DNA from: Sumerlaeia bacterium
GTDB lineage: Bacteria > Sumerlaeota > Sumerlaeia > SLMS01 > JAHLLQ01
Length of the DNA: 64,000 bases
Reading direction: 5' to 3'
Assembly: GCA_040219255.1 (NCBI GenBank)
Contig: JAVJSW010000060.1
Span: 1-64,000 of the forward strand
The notes beneath the pieces were generated by a model. It searched no databases. It worked only from the letters and a program-made list of their open reading frames with translations, and had not been told where the DNA came from. This document shows, in pieces, positions 19,501-28,944 of the stretch (position 1 is the first letter of the stretch; each line of letters begins with the position of its first letter). The translations under genes and the position numbers were made by a program.

Positions 19501-19642
19501 GGCCCTCGACGCCCAGATCACCGTCGGCGGCAACCGGGGCGGCGGCTCGATCATCCTGATGCTGGGCCAGGAGGGGAACAGCGATCCCTCCGCCGGCGCG
19601 ACCTTCACCGGCGACGCCCCCATGCCCCGCATGCGGCGCTAA
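16559..19642 (+). CDS. Secreted zinc-dependent metalloprotease (DUF5117/DUF4953, EcxA-like)
   Basis: Signal peptide; RQADQRIGYF, INRWHL, WNKAFEKIG, DPRTGQI, HEVGHTLGLRHNF metzincin motif, SVMDY. Confidence 0.92.
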   Translation: MSLKSRPLALPGAAAFVLASALALPAWASNEETAAIPDNLKAAIGAITSSGGSDKGNDFENAVKDLEKREGFINLYISEEKNQLLAEIPGNLIGKDLLLSSSISRGPNQGFQWGSLMIRFEKLEDELIVVAPDPFYTASGTLKDVVERTYPDPVATTVRVRAEKGKNVLIDLMDLFGNKASALAGTRPAATIMQPGKAKAFPNNVVVEIVFRNSRGATGITYSLDQLPNTGYKPRQADQRIGYFLTAQKDFSKDEEQPDIFDRYINRWHLEKADPSLKLSPPKEPIVFYLEDSIPVRYRRWVRQGVEDWNKAFEKIGIVDAIVVRQQTSSNEFKDLDPEDARYNFIRWITSESAFAMGPSRVDPRTGQIYDADIIFDESMVRYYVDSHELFIESVPNSASLSPRLRHWLASNPSAHPNWSMVRPDLALRIQNDAEMAAAGVTPEELFARELIGNLDGFKNPHYCSLGEHVRGELALARMAAMGRDFIVFEQMKDAAKKEKEAEEKAEAAAEDDASSKTVEVAEELIEELEEAAEAAEEEDGEETADAEENGSNGKKPEKRNLDEWPEEFIGPLVREIMAHEVGHTLGLRHNFKASTWKSYEEIVNTDDPTTATIASVMDYNPYALKPDGSQPAMWITPTIGPYDYWAIEYGYAIPGSNDYPRNEDKLLKQITDKVAQPGHDYGTDEDTWGPDPMTVRFDLGSDPLTFAAARVDLADKILNNLIEAVLQEDDPYSKARDAFDVLFYQRFSAAYAAARFVGGYHIRRDQRGDTDARQPIEVVDAETQRRAFNMLLEKVFAKDAIQVKPELQVYLAADRWSHRGSSGWYQPLTYPIQDRILMTQNNILFMLTNPERVQWIYDSEFTSEAEDLFTLPEMMSGLTDSIWSEVLQAEGEGSQEKYTTRKPFVDNLRRNLQRSYLGQLIKIATGGDDSMYPAVSRTLSHGELAKIGDAIGGVMESPLASQLDPYTAAHLRESKARVDAALDAQITVGGNRGGGSIILMLGQEGNSDPSAGATFTGDAPMPRMRR

Positions 19643-19674
19643 GCCCTCCACCGTCTCCGACAGGACAGTCCCCG

Positions 19675-19723
19675 CCGGCCCCCGCCACTCCGAACCGAGT
19701 GGTGGGGGCCGGTTCTTTTTATT
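19675..19723 (+). terminator. Rho-independent terminator
   Basis: CCGGCCCCCGCCACTC...GAGTGGTGGGGGCCGG followed by TTCTTTTT. Confidence 0.7.
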
Positions 19724-21008
19724 CCGCCCCCTCCCGGCCACGCATCATCCGGATTTTCAGGGGCGAGAGCGTGTCCAGGTGCACGTCGCGTTGCGGGAAT
19801 GCGATGGTGATGTTGGCTTCCTTGAACAGTTCGTCGATGCGGAATCGGATATCGCTCTGGATTTGGCGCTGCTCCATGAAGGATTTCACCCGGGCCCAGA
19901 AGAAGCAGGTGAAGCCCAGGGCATTGTCGCCAAAGTCCTCGAACAGAACGATCGGCGTGGGAGTTTTGTCGACGCGCGGGTGTTCGTCGATGGCCTGGCG
20001 CAAGAGGCGTTCGGCGTCGCGGGTGGGGGAACCGTAGGCGATGCCGACCTTGACTTCCGTGCGGACTTGATCGTCGCGGCCGTAGGTCCAGTTGATGAGC
20101 TTGTTCTCCACCAACTGCCGGTTCGGCACCAGCATGTCCACATTACCCGGCAGGCGGATGCGGGTGCGGCGGGCGCCGATTTCTTCGACGCGGCCTTGCT
20201 CGCCATCGAACTCGATCAGGTCGTTGGGGCGGATCGGTTTCTCGAACAGCAGGATCAACCCGCCGATGAAGTTGGCGAGGATTTCCTGGGCGCCGAAGCC
20301 CACCGCCAAGGCGACCGCGCCACCGAGGAAGGCGAAAATAGAAAGCGGAATGCCTGAAAAATCGAGCGCGAAGAACGCGATGATCACCACCAACAGAACC
20401 CGCACGAGGCGTTCGAGATAGTCGGACGACGCCCTGTTGAGGCGGAACTTCTTGAAAACGCGCTTGCGGGCCCACGCCGACGTCAGCCTGGCCAGCAGCA
20501 ATCCGATGACGAAAATCAGCAGGGCGATCAGCAGCTTGAACAGCGTGATTTTCGAACCGTTCACCACCAGCCCGATGTCGAAGAAAATGTACGCCAGCCA
20601 ACCGAGGCCGAAGCGTTCGGCGAATTCCTTGACCTCCATCTCGGTTTTCAAGACCGAGCCTTCCAGAGCCTCGAGGACCGCCGGCCTGGTCGTTCCCAAA
20701 TCCACCACAAGGGCCGAAGGTGGCAGGGTGGCGGCCGGCGATGCCGTGGGCGTGGGCGACGGCGGGGCTGTGGCTGTTGGGGTCGTGGGAGCGCTGTCGG
20801 TGGCGGCGGGGGCGCCGGCTGGGGCGGCGACGGTCGGGTCCGGCTCAGCCCGGGGCGCGGGGCTGTCCGGTGGAGGCGCCGCGGCCGTCTCGCTCGATCC
20901 GCTGGAGCGGACGGTCTGTCCGGCTTCGTAGAGGGCGCTGTCGGCGAAGGCCGCGGCGGTCAGCAGGAGGTAAAGGGTGGCGGGAAAAACAAAACGTAGG
21001 AGGGGCAT
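19719..21008 (-). CDS. MscS/MscK-family mechanosensitive channel
   Basis: GAVALAVGFGAQEILANFIGGLILLFEKPIR, VPN, INWT, FEDFGDNALGF, IAFPQRDVH. Confidence 0.92.
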   Translation of the reverse strand: MPLLRFVFPATLYLLLTAAAFADSALYEAGQTVRSSGSSETAAAPPPDSPAPRAEPDPTVAAPAGAPAATDSAPTTPTATAPPSPTPTASPAATLPPSALVVDLGTTRPAVLEALEGSVLKTEMEVKEFAERFGLGWLAYIFFDIGLVVNGSKITLFKLLIALLIFVIGLLLARLTSAWARKRVFKKFRLNRASSDYLERLVRVLLVVIIAFFALDFSGIPLSIFAFLGGAVALAVGFGAQEILANFIGGLILLFEKPIRPNDLIEFDGEQGRVEEIGARRTRIRLPGNVDMLVPNRQLVENKLINWTYGRDDQVRTEVKVGIAYGSPTRDAERLLRQAIDEHPRVDKTPTPIVLFEDFGDNALGFTCFFWARVKSFMEQRQIQSDIRFRIDELFKEANITIAFPQRDVHLDTLSPLKIRMMRGREGAE

Positions 21009-21163
21009 CTTCCGTCCAGACAATCGAAGTCCCTCGAGTTACAGCAAAACCCATTCTTGGCGAAGGCGAGGCTTGACGGGACGGGCCGCCTGACGCTTGC
21101 TGCTACGCGCTTCGCGGGCGTGAATCCTTACCCAAAAAAACACCGCCGCCCGCCAGATCGATC

Positions 21164-23692
21164 ATGGATTTCTCCACGCGCGACGCCCTCGGGCTCGACG
21201 CCGTTCTCGAACAACTCGCCGATCACGCCGCCTCCACCCTCGGGAGCGACTGGGTGCTCGCGCGCGAACCCGCTTCGGATTCGGACGCCGCGCGGGAGCA
21301 ACTCGCCCTGACGGCCGAGGTCCTCGATCTTATCGATCGGGGCCAGAAACCGCCGCTGGGCGGCCTGAGCGACGTCGGCGAGAGCCTGGCCATCGCGGCC
21401 CAGGCGCACTCCTCCCTGCCGCCGGAGCGCTGGATGCCTCTCGCCCGGCACTTGCAGGCGGTCGAGGCGCTCTCGCAATTCGGCGCCAACCGGGCCGAAT
21501 CGGCGCCGCTGTTTTCCAAGATTTGCGAGCGCCTGAGTACCGAACCAGATCTCTCGAGCGCCATCGAACGCACCTTCGATCACGACGGCCGCATCCGCGA
21601 TAACGCCTCGCCGGGGCTCAGCCGGGCACGCTCGGACCTGCGCCGCGCGGAAAGCCGCGTCTTCTCGGAAATCAACGGCGCCCTCGGCCGCCTGCGCGGC
21701 GACAGCATTCTACAGGACGATTACTCGACGGTGCGCAACGGCCGCCACGTGGTTCCTGTGAAGGCCAATTTTCGTGGCCGCGTCAACGGCATCGTCCACG
21801 GCTCCTCGTCCAGCGGCGAAACGCTTTTCATCGAGCCGGCCAACGTGGTCGAGGCCGCCAACGACGTGGAAATCGCCCGCGAGCGCGAAGCCGAGGAAGT
21901 CCGCAAAATCCTGGAAGCGCTCACCGCCCAACTCCGGCCCTTCGCCCCCGTGGCCAAAGCCGATTTGCCGGCGCTGGCTCTCATCGATGGCACGACAGCC
22001 CTGGCCCGCGCGGCGGCCGAGCACGGTTGGCGCATCCCGACCCTGACCGCCGACGGCAGACCGCTGGCGCTGCTCTCGGCCCATCACCCTCTGCTCCACC
22101 TGAGCCAGCGAGATAAGAGCGTCCCCATCACGGTGGAACTCTCGCCCGACGACTATTGCGTCATCCTGAGCGGCCCCAACGCCGGCGGCAAGACGACGGC
22201 CATGCGGACCCTGGCGTTGAGCGCGGCGCTGGCCCAGTGTGGTTCGGCGATCCCCGCGGCGATGGAATCGGAACTGCCGGTCTTCCGCGGTTTCTACGCC
22301 GACATCGGCGATCAGCAAGACCTCGGCGAAGGCGTCTCCACCTTCAGCGGCCACATCCGCCGCATGCGCGAAATCCTGGAGGAAGCGGACGATCAATCGC
22401 TGGTACTGCTCGATGAACTCGGCACCGGTACGGACCCGACGGAAGGCGGCGCGCTGGCGCAGGCGATCCTGGAAGAATTGATGGCCCGCGCCCGCCTGAC
22501 CATCGCCACGAGCCATCTGCAGCCCATCAAGCAGTGGGCCGCCGACACGCCTGGCGCCCGCAACGCCAGCTTCACCCTGGACCCGCAGACGCACCGGCCC
22601 ACGTTCCGCCTGCGGCTCGACCTGCCGGGGGCCAGCGAGGCGTTCTTCATCGCCGAGAACGAAGGCTTGGACGCGGTGCTGCTCAAGCGGGCGCGGTCCC
22701 TGGTCGGCGAGCAGCAGGTCCGCATGAGCGAGTTGATCGCCCAGGTTCAGCAAATGGAGCAGGACTTGGCCCGCGAGCGCCGCGACGCGGCCGAACGCGC
22801 CGAACGGCTCCGCACGCAGCTCGAAATGGCCGAACAGCGCGCCAACGATCTGATCGAAGAGCGCAAGCGCGTGCGGCGCATGGCGCTGCAAGAGCGCGAC
22901 TCCGCCGCCCGCGAAGTGCGCGAGCAGTTCGAGCGCTTGATCGCCGAGCTGCCCAGCGAGGAAGCCCTCGAGCAGCGCAAGAAGCTGCTCTCGGAAGGCC
23001 GCCGCACCATCGCCGGCGAGCAGGAGCGCGTCCGCGGCGAGCTGCGCGCCATCGAGCAAGGCGAAGGCGACCCGGTGGAGGAGCTGGCGGAGGGCCAGAA
23101 AGTCTTCGTGCGGGCCTTTGGGCGCTGGGGCGTTGTCGTCGATGTGGCGCACGACGGCAGCAAGGCCCGGGTCGACGTCGGCGGCATCAGCGCCTTCGTC
23201 CCCGCCGAGGGATTGCTCGACGCCGAGCCGAAGAAAGTCCTGCCCTTCGAGCCGGACCCGGAACCGCAGGCCGCCGCCGCCCTGAGCAAAACAAAGAAGA
23301 AGCCGAAAAAGAGCAAGAAGCTCAAAGCCGCCCTGGAAAACGCGGAAACGCTGCCCGATCCCGAGCCGGTGCGCCGCCCCGTTTCCACCCTCTCGCAGCG
23401 CTTTCCCACGAAAGCCACCCAGCGAAAGAAAACCGGTTTCCGCCGCGAACCGGTTCCCATGTACCTGGATCTGCACGGCTTCCGCGCCATCGAAGCCATC
23501 GAAGCGATCGACCGCTACCTCGACCGCGCGCTGCTTTGCGACTACCCCTACGTCCGCATCATCCACGGCGTCGGCGAAGGCCTCCTCTACAAGACCGTCC
23601 GCGAATTCCTCAACGGCTACCCCTCGGTCAAGAGCTGGCGCCCGGGAACGCCGGAAGAAGGCGGGGGCGGGGTGACGGTGGTGGAGTTTTAG
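21164..23692 (+). CDS. mutS2: MutS2 (Smr-domain MutS family ATPase)
   Basis: IRDNASP, SSSGETLFIEP, GPNAGGKT, DIGDQQ, STFSGH, LLDELGTGTDP, Smr domain LDLHG...IIHGVG...EGGGGVTVV. Confidence 0.95.
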   Translation: MDFSTRDALGLDAVLEQLADHAASTLGSDWVLAREPASDSDAAREQLALTAEVLDLIDRGQKPPLGGLSDVGESLAIAAQAHSSLPPERWMPLARHLQAVEALSQFGANRAESAPLFSKICERLSTEPDLSSAIERTFDHDGRIRDNASPGLSRARSDLRRAESRVFSEINGALGRLRGDSILQDDYSTVRNGRHVVPVKANFRGRVNGIVHGSSSSGETLFIEPANVVEAANDVEIAREREAEEVRKILEALTAQLRPFAPVAKADLPALALIDGTTALARAAAEHGWRIPTLTADGRPLALLSAHHPLLHLSQRDKSVPITVELSPDDYCVILSGPNAGGKTTAMRTLALSAALAQCGSAIPAAMESELPVFRGFYADIGDQQDLGEGVSTFSGHIRRMREILEEADDQSLVLLDELGTGTDPTEGGALAQAILEELMARARLTIATSHLQPIKQWAADTPGARNASFTLDPQTHRPTFRLRLDLPGASEAFFIAENEGLDAVLLKRARSLVGEQQVRMSELIAQVQQMEQDLARERRDAAERAERLRTQLEMAEQRANDLIEERKRVRRMALQERDSAAREVREQFERLIAELPSEEALEQRKKLLSEGRRTIAGEQERVRGELRAIEQGEGDPVEELAEGQKVFVRAFGRWGVVVDVAHDGSKARVDVGGISAFVPAEGLLDAEPKKVLPFEPDPEPQAAAALSKTKKKPKKSKKLKAALENAETLPDPEPVRRPVSTLSQRFPTKATQRKKTGFRREPVPMYLDLHGFRAIEAIEAIDRYLDRALLCDYPYVRIIHGVGEGLLYKTVREFLNGYPSVKSWRPGTPEEGGGGVTVVEF

Positions 23693-23838
23693 GCAGATGG
23701 TTGAGTGTGGCTTTTTGGTCACAAAATCTAGCGATTTTTGGCGTCATAATGCGTTGTTTTCCATTGTCTCGCAAATCGATGTTAAATTTACTCCGTCCAG
23801 CGTTTTCAATGCCCTAACCTTTTCACCCGGAGTTCATC

Positions 23839-24327
23839 ATGAAGTTCCAGAACATTCTCTTGGCCATGGGTTTCCTGGCAGCTACTTCCATCCCTAATAT
23901 GACCACCGCTGAGTGCGATACCTGCGGCGGCAAGTGCGAAAAGTCTGTGTCGGCCAGAGATTACAAGGCTTGCACCAATTGGCTGGGAGGTGGTGGTCAG
24001 GTCTACATGACCCGTCACGCGAGCTATCGGTGCGACCGAAACAAGCAGATTGAGGGCGGATGCAGCGGCACCACCCCAAGTGGTCCAGCCTATACGATTT
24101 TTGGCTACGCCCACAATATCAACGAAAACGAATGCGTCGTGCGCTTCGAACTGAACGGCACGGTCTCGACGATCATTTCCGATTCAGCCTCGCCCTCATT
24201 GCCCGAAGGTTCCGTGGTTCTTTCGGTGACCTGCTATGACCGTGATCAATGCATCGTGATCAGTTATGAAGAGCCAACTGAAAGCGGCACTGCGAACGAA
24301 TGCGCCTACCCGTCCTGCAGCGCCTAG
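23839..24327 (+). CDS. Cys-rich secreted hypothetical protein
   Basis: GGAG RBS; signal peptide; 11 Cys; lower GC than flanks. Confidence 0.65.
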   Translation: MKFQNILLAMGFLAATSIPNMTTAECDTCGGKCEKSVSARDYKACTNWLGGGGQVYMTRHASYRCDRNKQIEGGCSGTTPSGPAYTIFGYAHNINENECVVRFELNGTVSTIISDSASPSLPEGSVVLSVTCYDRDQCIVISYEEPTESGTANECAYPSCSA

Positions 24328-24422
24328 CCGCCTGCAAGCTTCGGCAAATAAACAATGCTTCCATCTCAAACCCCTTGGCTCTCCTATGCCAAGGGGATCT
24401 TATCATCTTTAAGGACCGCTTC

Positions 24423-25781
24423 ATGTCATTCAGATACTGGGTCGTCTTATTCATCTTTTTATGTCCCCTGATCGCATTTTGTCAAGAGCCTGACATTCGT
24501 GATTTTCCCCCTTTGGAAGCCGCAATCGCATGGCCAATCATCGAGCAGGGGACGTTCGAAGGCGTCGTGGAATCTTCCGGACCTCCTCCGATGACGTCAC
24601 GCGAGGTGGAAGCAAGTCTAATGGATGTCGAAACCGACTTTCTTGCGACTTTAGCGGAGAGTGGTGAGGAGCTGTCGGCGGATTACCGGGAGATACTGGA
24701 CGAATTCCTTGAGGAGCAAAGAGGTATATTGGAAAAGCTGCTTCTGCCTACGAATTCAAAAAAGAATTTTACGGTGTCGCTTTCCGGTCACCAGATGCGG
24801 CTTGAGTCGAGGATTTACGAGGATGATAGTTCCGTTTCCGAAGAGACGATGACGGTGATTGGTCCAGAGGGGAAAAAGATCCTCACATCGAATATCCGAT
24901 ATTCCCGCCCAAGTGCCTACATATTTTTGGACGATGCCAAGAACGCTCCGGAAGACGCTATTTACGGCAACATCCTGGGTACGATCGGGACGGAGTTAGC
25001 CAAGGCGTCCACCCTGAATTTGTCGAGCAAGGATCTGGAAGGCGACAAGGTCTATTGGTTCGAGGCCACGGACATCAAGACAGACTTTTTCGACATTTAC
25101 AGGGATGGCGCGGTTTCCTTCACGCGTATTGGCGTACGCTCTCAACACGGCAACCGCCTCTCCGTCTATTTCAGCCAAGTTGGCGAAACCTTTCGACTCA
25201 TCAATCGATATGACGACTTCCGAGAGGTTCCTGGATGGGGGTGGTATCCGCATGAAATCACGCTCATAACTCAGAATGGCGTCTTTGACAAGGAGGTTCT
25301 CCAGCGTATCCGCTCCGGGGCTCTGGCCCCCAACACCGACGAAGCGATCGCCGCCTTCGCCCCTCAAGTAGAGAATGTGAAGACGATTACTTTGAGCAAA
25401 GTGGACATCGAAACACCGGTGGAAAAAGACGTTTTCGATTTCGAAATTCCAGTCGGCACCGTAGTCAAAGTCTACACCGGAGATGAGTCCAGCACCTACG
25501 TTCAGGGGGACTTTTCCGCGAGAGATGTTGTTACCGGCAGAAAGGTTGACATGGCGGCGGGTCTGGAATTGGCCGAGGGAACTTCCCAGACTAAGGAGGA
25601 GATTGCCGAAACGCCTACACGTGAAATTGTTTCCGATACGCCCGCCAAGGTGGAACAGAAGGTAGAACCGCATGTCGTCGAACCAGCGAAGTCCAAGCGA
25701 AATGGAATGATCTTCGGCCTTCTTGCCGTTTCCTTCGTTATTGGCTTGGGACTTGTATTCAAGGTCTTTCGTAAGAAGTAA
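24423..25781 (+). CDS. Hypothetical exported protein with C-terminal membrane anchor
   Basis: N-terminal signal peptide; WYPHEI...FDFEIPVGTVV segment; C-terminal TM followed by RKK; lower GC. Confidence 0.7.
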   Translation: MSFRYWVVLFIFLCPLIAFCQEPDIRDFPPLEAAIAWPIIEQGTFEGVVESSGPPPMTSREVEASLMDVETDFLATLAESGEELSADYREILDEFLEEQRGILEKLLLPTNSKKNFTVSLSGHQMRLESRIYEDDSSVSEETMTVIGPEGKKILTSNIRYSRPSAYIFLDDAKNAPEDAIYGNILGTIGTELAKASTLNLSSKDLEGDKVYWFEATDIKTDFFDIYRDGAVSFTRIGVRSQHGNRLSVYFSQVGETFRLINRYDDFREVPGWGWYPHEITLITQNGVFDKEVLQRIRSGALAPNTDEAIAAFAPQVENVKTITLSKVDIETPVEKDVFDFEIPVGTVVKVYTGDESSTYVQGDFSARDVVTGRKVDMAAGLELAEGTSQTKEEIAETPTREIVSDTPAKVEQKVEPHVVEPAKSKRNGMIFGLLAVSFVIGLGLVFKVFRKK

Positions 25782-25927
25782 TTTCCCTATCTCCACAGCG
25801 AATCTCAGTCTCCACAACGATCCAAATCTGCGCGGCCTTTCCCACGGCCCCCACCTCCCACTGCCTTTTGCAACGCATCGAAAACGTTGACACCGAAATG
25901 TGGTGCAATTAGGAATGCGTTTGGATT

Positions 25928-26233
25928 TTGCGGGCGTACAAAGGAGAAGTGGAAGGCTATTCCGATCAGCGAATCCTCGCCGACTGCGATCATTTCGGTT
26001 TCGAACTCGCCTCGCCTCCGACCCCTTGGCTGCGGGCGATGGCCTCGCGAACCGTCCGCGAATGCCAAGATGCTCTCCGCGTGGAAGCCACCGCCCAAGG
26101 CTGCTCTCCCGAAGTCGTTGAGGAGGAGATCGGCTGGGAAGTGCTCGCCCAGAAGAACCCGAATCGCTCCGTCCTTACCCAGCCTCCCGATTGGGTTGAG
26201 AATGTTTGCGGGCGGTACTTCGGGTCCCGCTGA
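25928..26233 (+). pseudogene. Possible gene fragment
   Basis: Protein-like 101-codon ORF starting at TTG shortly after an in-frame TAG (25910-25912); no recognisable family. Confidence 0.25.
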
Positions 26234-26631
26234 ACTCTGTCAGCCCCGCACCCGCCACCCCCGACCAAATTAGACCGTGATTTTCAAACGCCTTGGGTCT
26301 CGCTCGCCAGGTTACAAAAGTTTTCTTCGCTTTTTGGCGGAATAACGAGAAGCTGTCCCCGAAGCCGCGTGCCTCATTGCAAGCCCAAAGTGCCAAGATC
26401 GGACGGCTTTATCAAAATCTAACCCACGGTCCAGGCTTTCGTAAGACTCGAAAACAGAGCGTATTGCACCTGTCTCCGAACCGACCCGGGATAAAAACCC
26501 ATCGGGCCCCCGCAAGCCACCAAGCAACTTTTTGTACTCTCCAAAGCGAAGAGCTGGATATTTTCGATTTTTTTCTCAATTGTTCACCATTGATTCCTTG
26601 CCAACATCCCCCACAAGGCGCCCACCCAACC

Positions 26632-28515
26632 ATGAGATTGAATCGGACCATTACCCTCCTTCCCACCCTCTGTTTCGCGCTCGGAGCCCTGCCGGCTCTG
26701 GCGATCACCAGCGAATCGGAAAACAACGGCACCATTTCCCAGGCCGATGGCCCGGTGAATTCCGGCGTCAACGTGACCGGCTCGATGGGAAGCGGTGACT
26801 CCTATGACACCTTCTATTTCGACACGACGTCGAACGGCACGATCAGTCTCACCCTGACCGAAGCACGCAACAACGCAGACTACGACCTGTTCCTCTACAA
26901 CAGCTCGGGGAGCCTTCTGACGTCCGCCGAGACCGGCGCCAACCCGGAGACGCTGTCCTATTCCGGCGCCTCCGCCGGGCGCTACTATGTCGAACTCTAT
27001 CGCTACAGCGGCAGCGGCAACTATACCCTCCGCGCCACCTTCCCCACCGGCGGAGCCAGCCCGACCCCGACCCCGACGCCCACGGCAACCCCCACGCCGA
27101 CCCCGACCCCGACGCCTACGCCCACTCCGACTCCGACTCCGACTCCGACGCCGGTGCCGGGCATCACGCCTTTAACCTCGGGCGTTCAGGTCAGCGGCAC
27201 CGTCGCCCAGGGGGAATGGGACGATTACTCGATCCTCGTCGCCTCTGGCGCCACGCGGCTCGACATCGTTCAGGGCGGCAGCAGCGGCGACGCCGATCTT
27301 TATGTCCGCTTCGGCGCCCAGCCTTCCTCCACCGTCTACGACTATCGCCCCTACTTGAACGGCAACAACGAGTCGGTCACCGTCAACAACCCCTCGGCCG
27401 GCACGTGGTACATCAGCTCGCGGGGCTACTCGGCGGCCAGTTATACCCTCGTGGCGACAGTCACAGGCTCATCTCCAACCCCAACTCCAACCCCCACCCC
27501 CACCCCCACGCCGACGCCCACAGCGACCCCGACGCCGACCCCGACGCCGGGCGGATGCAACGAAGGCGCACGCCCGTCGAAACCCGGCGGCTTCACCAAC
27601 TACCTGACGGGCAACGCAGCGGACGTCTGCGTGTCGCCGATGTCGGGTCCGGGCGTGATGCTGATGGGCGGCAATTTCGACATCGATGAAGCCTTCACCA
27701 CCCACGTTTCGCCGATCCTGGCGGGCGGCGACGTGGTGGTTCTGCGCACCGGCGCGAGCAACGGCTATCAGGATTACCTGTTCGGCCTGCTGGCTCCCGA
27801 CTCGGTGGAAACGCTGGTGATCGACACGGTGACCAAGGCCAATTCGGCCTATGCCAGTTGGGTCATCCGCACCGCGGAATTCGTCTACATCGCCGGCGGC
27901 GATCAGGCCGAATACCTCAACGCCTGGAAGGGCACCGCCACGGAAGACGCCATCCGCTACGTTTACGATAAGGGCGGAGTCGTGGGCGGCATTTCCGCCG
28001 GCTGCGCCATCATGGGCGAAGTCATCTACGACCCGGACGGCGTATCGGGCATCCTGGCCAGCGAGGCGCTGTCGAACCCGTGCCACCCGAACATGGTGCT
28101 CAGCAACGACTTCCTGAACTTCCCGCTGACGAACAACATCATCACCGACACGCACTTTGCCCAGCGCGACCGCATGGGCCGCCTCGGCACCTTTATGGCC
28201 CGCATCGGCCAGTCCGGTTTCACACCCTTCTCGAACCCCATCGTGGGCGTCGGCGTGGACGAAGACACCTCGATGTTCATCAACAAGAACGGCGTCGGCT
28301 TCGTCCAGGGCGACGCGGCGGTGTACGTTCTGAGCGACACCGGCTCGACCGTGCGCCAGCGCGTCCAGTGCGGCCAGAGCCTGCAATACCTCAACGTTCA
28401 GCGCATCAAACTGACGGTGGGCGACACCTACAACTTCACCAACGGATCGCACACCGGGGCCTCGGCGACGCTGAGCTTCAGCAACGGCGCCATCACGCCA
28501 AGCAACCCGTACTAA
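26632..28515 (+). CDS. Secreted cyanophycinase-like peptidase S51 with two PPC domains and Pro-Thr linkers
   Basis: Signal peptide; DYDLFLY and GDADLYVRFG PPC motifs; IAGGDQ, GGISAG (Ser nucleophile), DTHFAQRDRMGRL, GVDEDT. Confidence 0.88.
   Translation: MRLNRTITLLPTLCFALGALPALAITSESENNGTISQADGPVNSGVNVTGSMGSGDSYDTFYFDTTSNGTISLTLTEARNNADYDLFLYNSSGSLLTSAETGANPETLSYSGASAGRYYVELYRYSGSGNYTLRATFPTGGASPTPTPTPTATPTPTPTPTPTPTPTPTPTPTPVPGITPLTSGVQVSGTVAQGEWDDYSILVASGATRLDIVQGGSSGDADLYVRFGAQPSSTVYDYRPYLNGNNESVTVNNPSAGTWYISSRGYSAASYTLVATVTGSSPTPTPTPTPTPTPTPTATPTPTPTPGGCNEGARPSKPGGFTNYLTGNAADVCVSPMSGPGVMLMGGNFDIDEAFTTHVSPILAGGDVVVLRTGASNGYQDYLFGLLAPDSVETLVIDTVTKANSAYASWVIRTAEFVYIAGGDQAEYLNAWKGTATEDAIRYVYDKGGVVGGISAGCAIMGEVIYDPDGVSGILASEALSNPCHPNMVLSNDFLNFPLTNNIITDTHFAQRDRMGRLGTFMARIGQSGFTPFSNPIVGVGVDEDTSMFINKNGVGFVQGDAAVYVLSDTGSTVRQRVQCGQSLQYLNVQRIKLTVGDTYNFTNGSHTGASATLSFSNGAITPSNPY
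27058..27158 (+). repeat. (Pro-Thr)n coding repeat; second copy at about 27472-27549
   Basis: CCN-ACN hexamer repeats in frame within the CDS. Confidence 0.9.
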
Positions 28516-28587
28516 AGCGCCGCCTGGAAACCCCAAGGCACCTCTCGCCCCCGGCCCGCCCCAGCGCAGGCCGGGGGCGGATTGCTT

Positions 28588-28735
28588 AAAGGTAGCACGG
28601 GCGTCCCGCCCGTGACCCGCCAGCCGCCTGCCACGCCCTATTCTGTTATCGCAAACGCACTGTTCGCAGAGGAAGCCGAGAGTCGGCTCTCGGAGAAAAA
28701 GCGCTGCTGGGCACGGGCGGGACGCGCCGTGCTAC
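28588..28735. repeat. Inverted pair of GTAG-type REP-like palindromes
   Basis: GTAGCACGGGCGTCCCGCCCGTG at 28592 and CACGGGCGGGACGCGCCGTGCTAC ending at 28735. Confidence 0.75.
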
Positions 28736-28944
28736 ACAGAAATATTAAACCATGGTATTACCGAGATAAGAAACACATCCTCCACCACATGGTTGCAACC
28801 ACCCTCATCCGCGCCATCCGCGCGATCCGCGCGATCCGCAGCAAAAAATCCCCCTCCCTCTTGCCAAGCCCCCGCCCCCTGTGCCAGCGTCCCCCGCTCG
28901 GCGCGCTTGCGCTTTACACCACAGGACTTACGCCACCGATCCTC

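Noticed and set aside
27058-27549. Repeat arrays as a possible CRISPR
   Set aside because: They are in-frame Pro-Thr linker codons with no spacers and no cas genes nearby.
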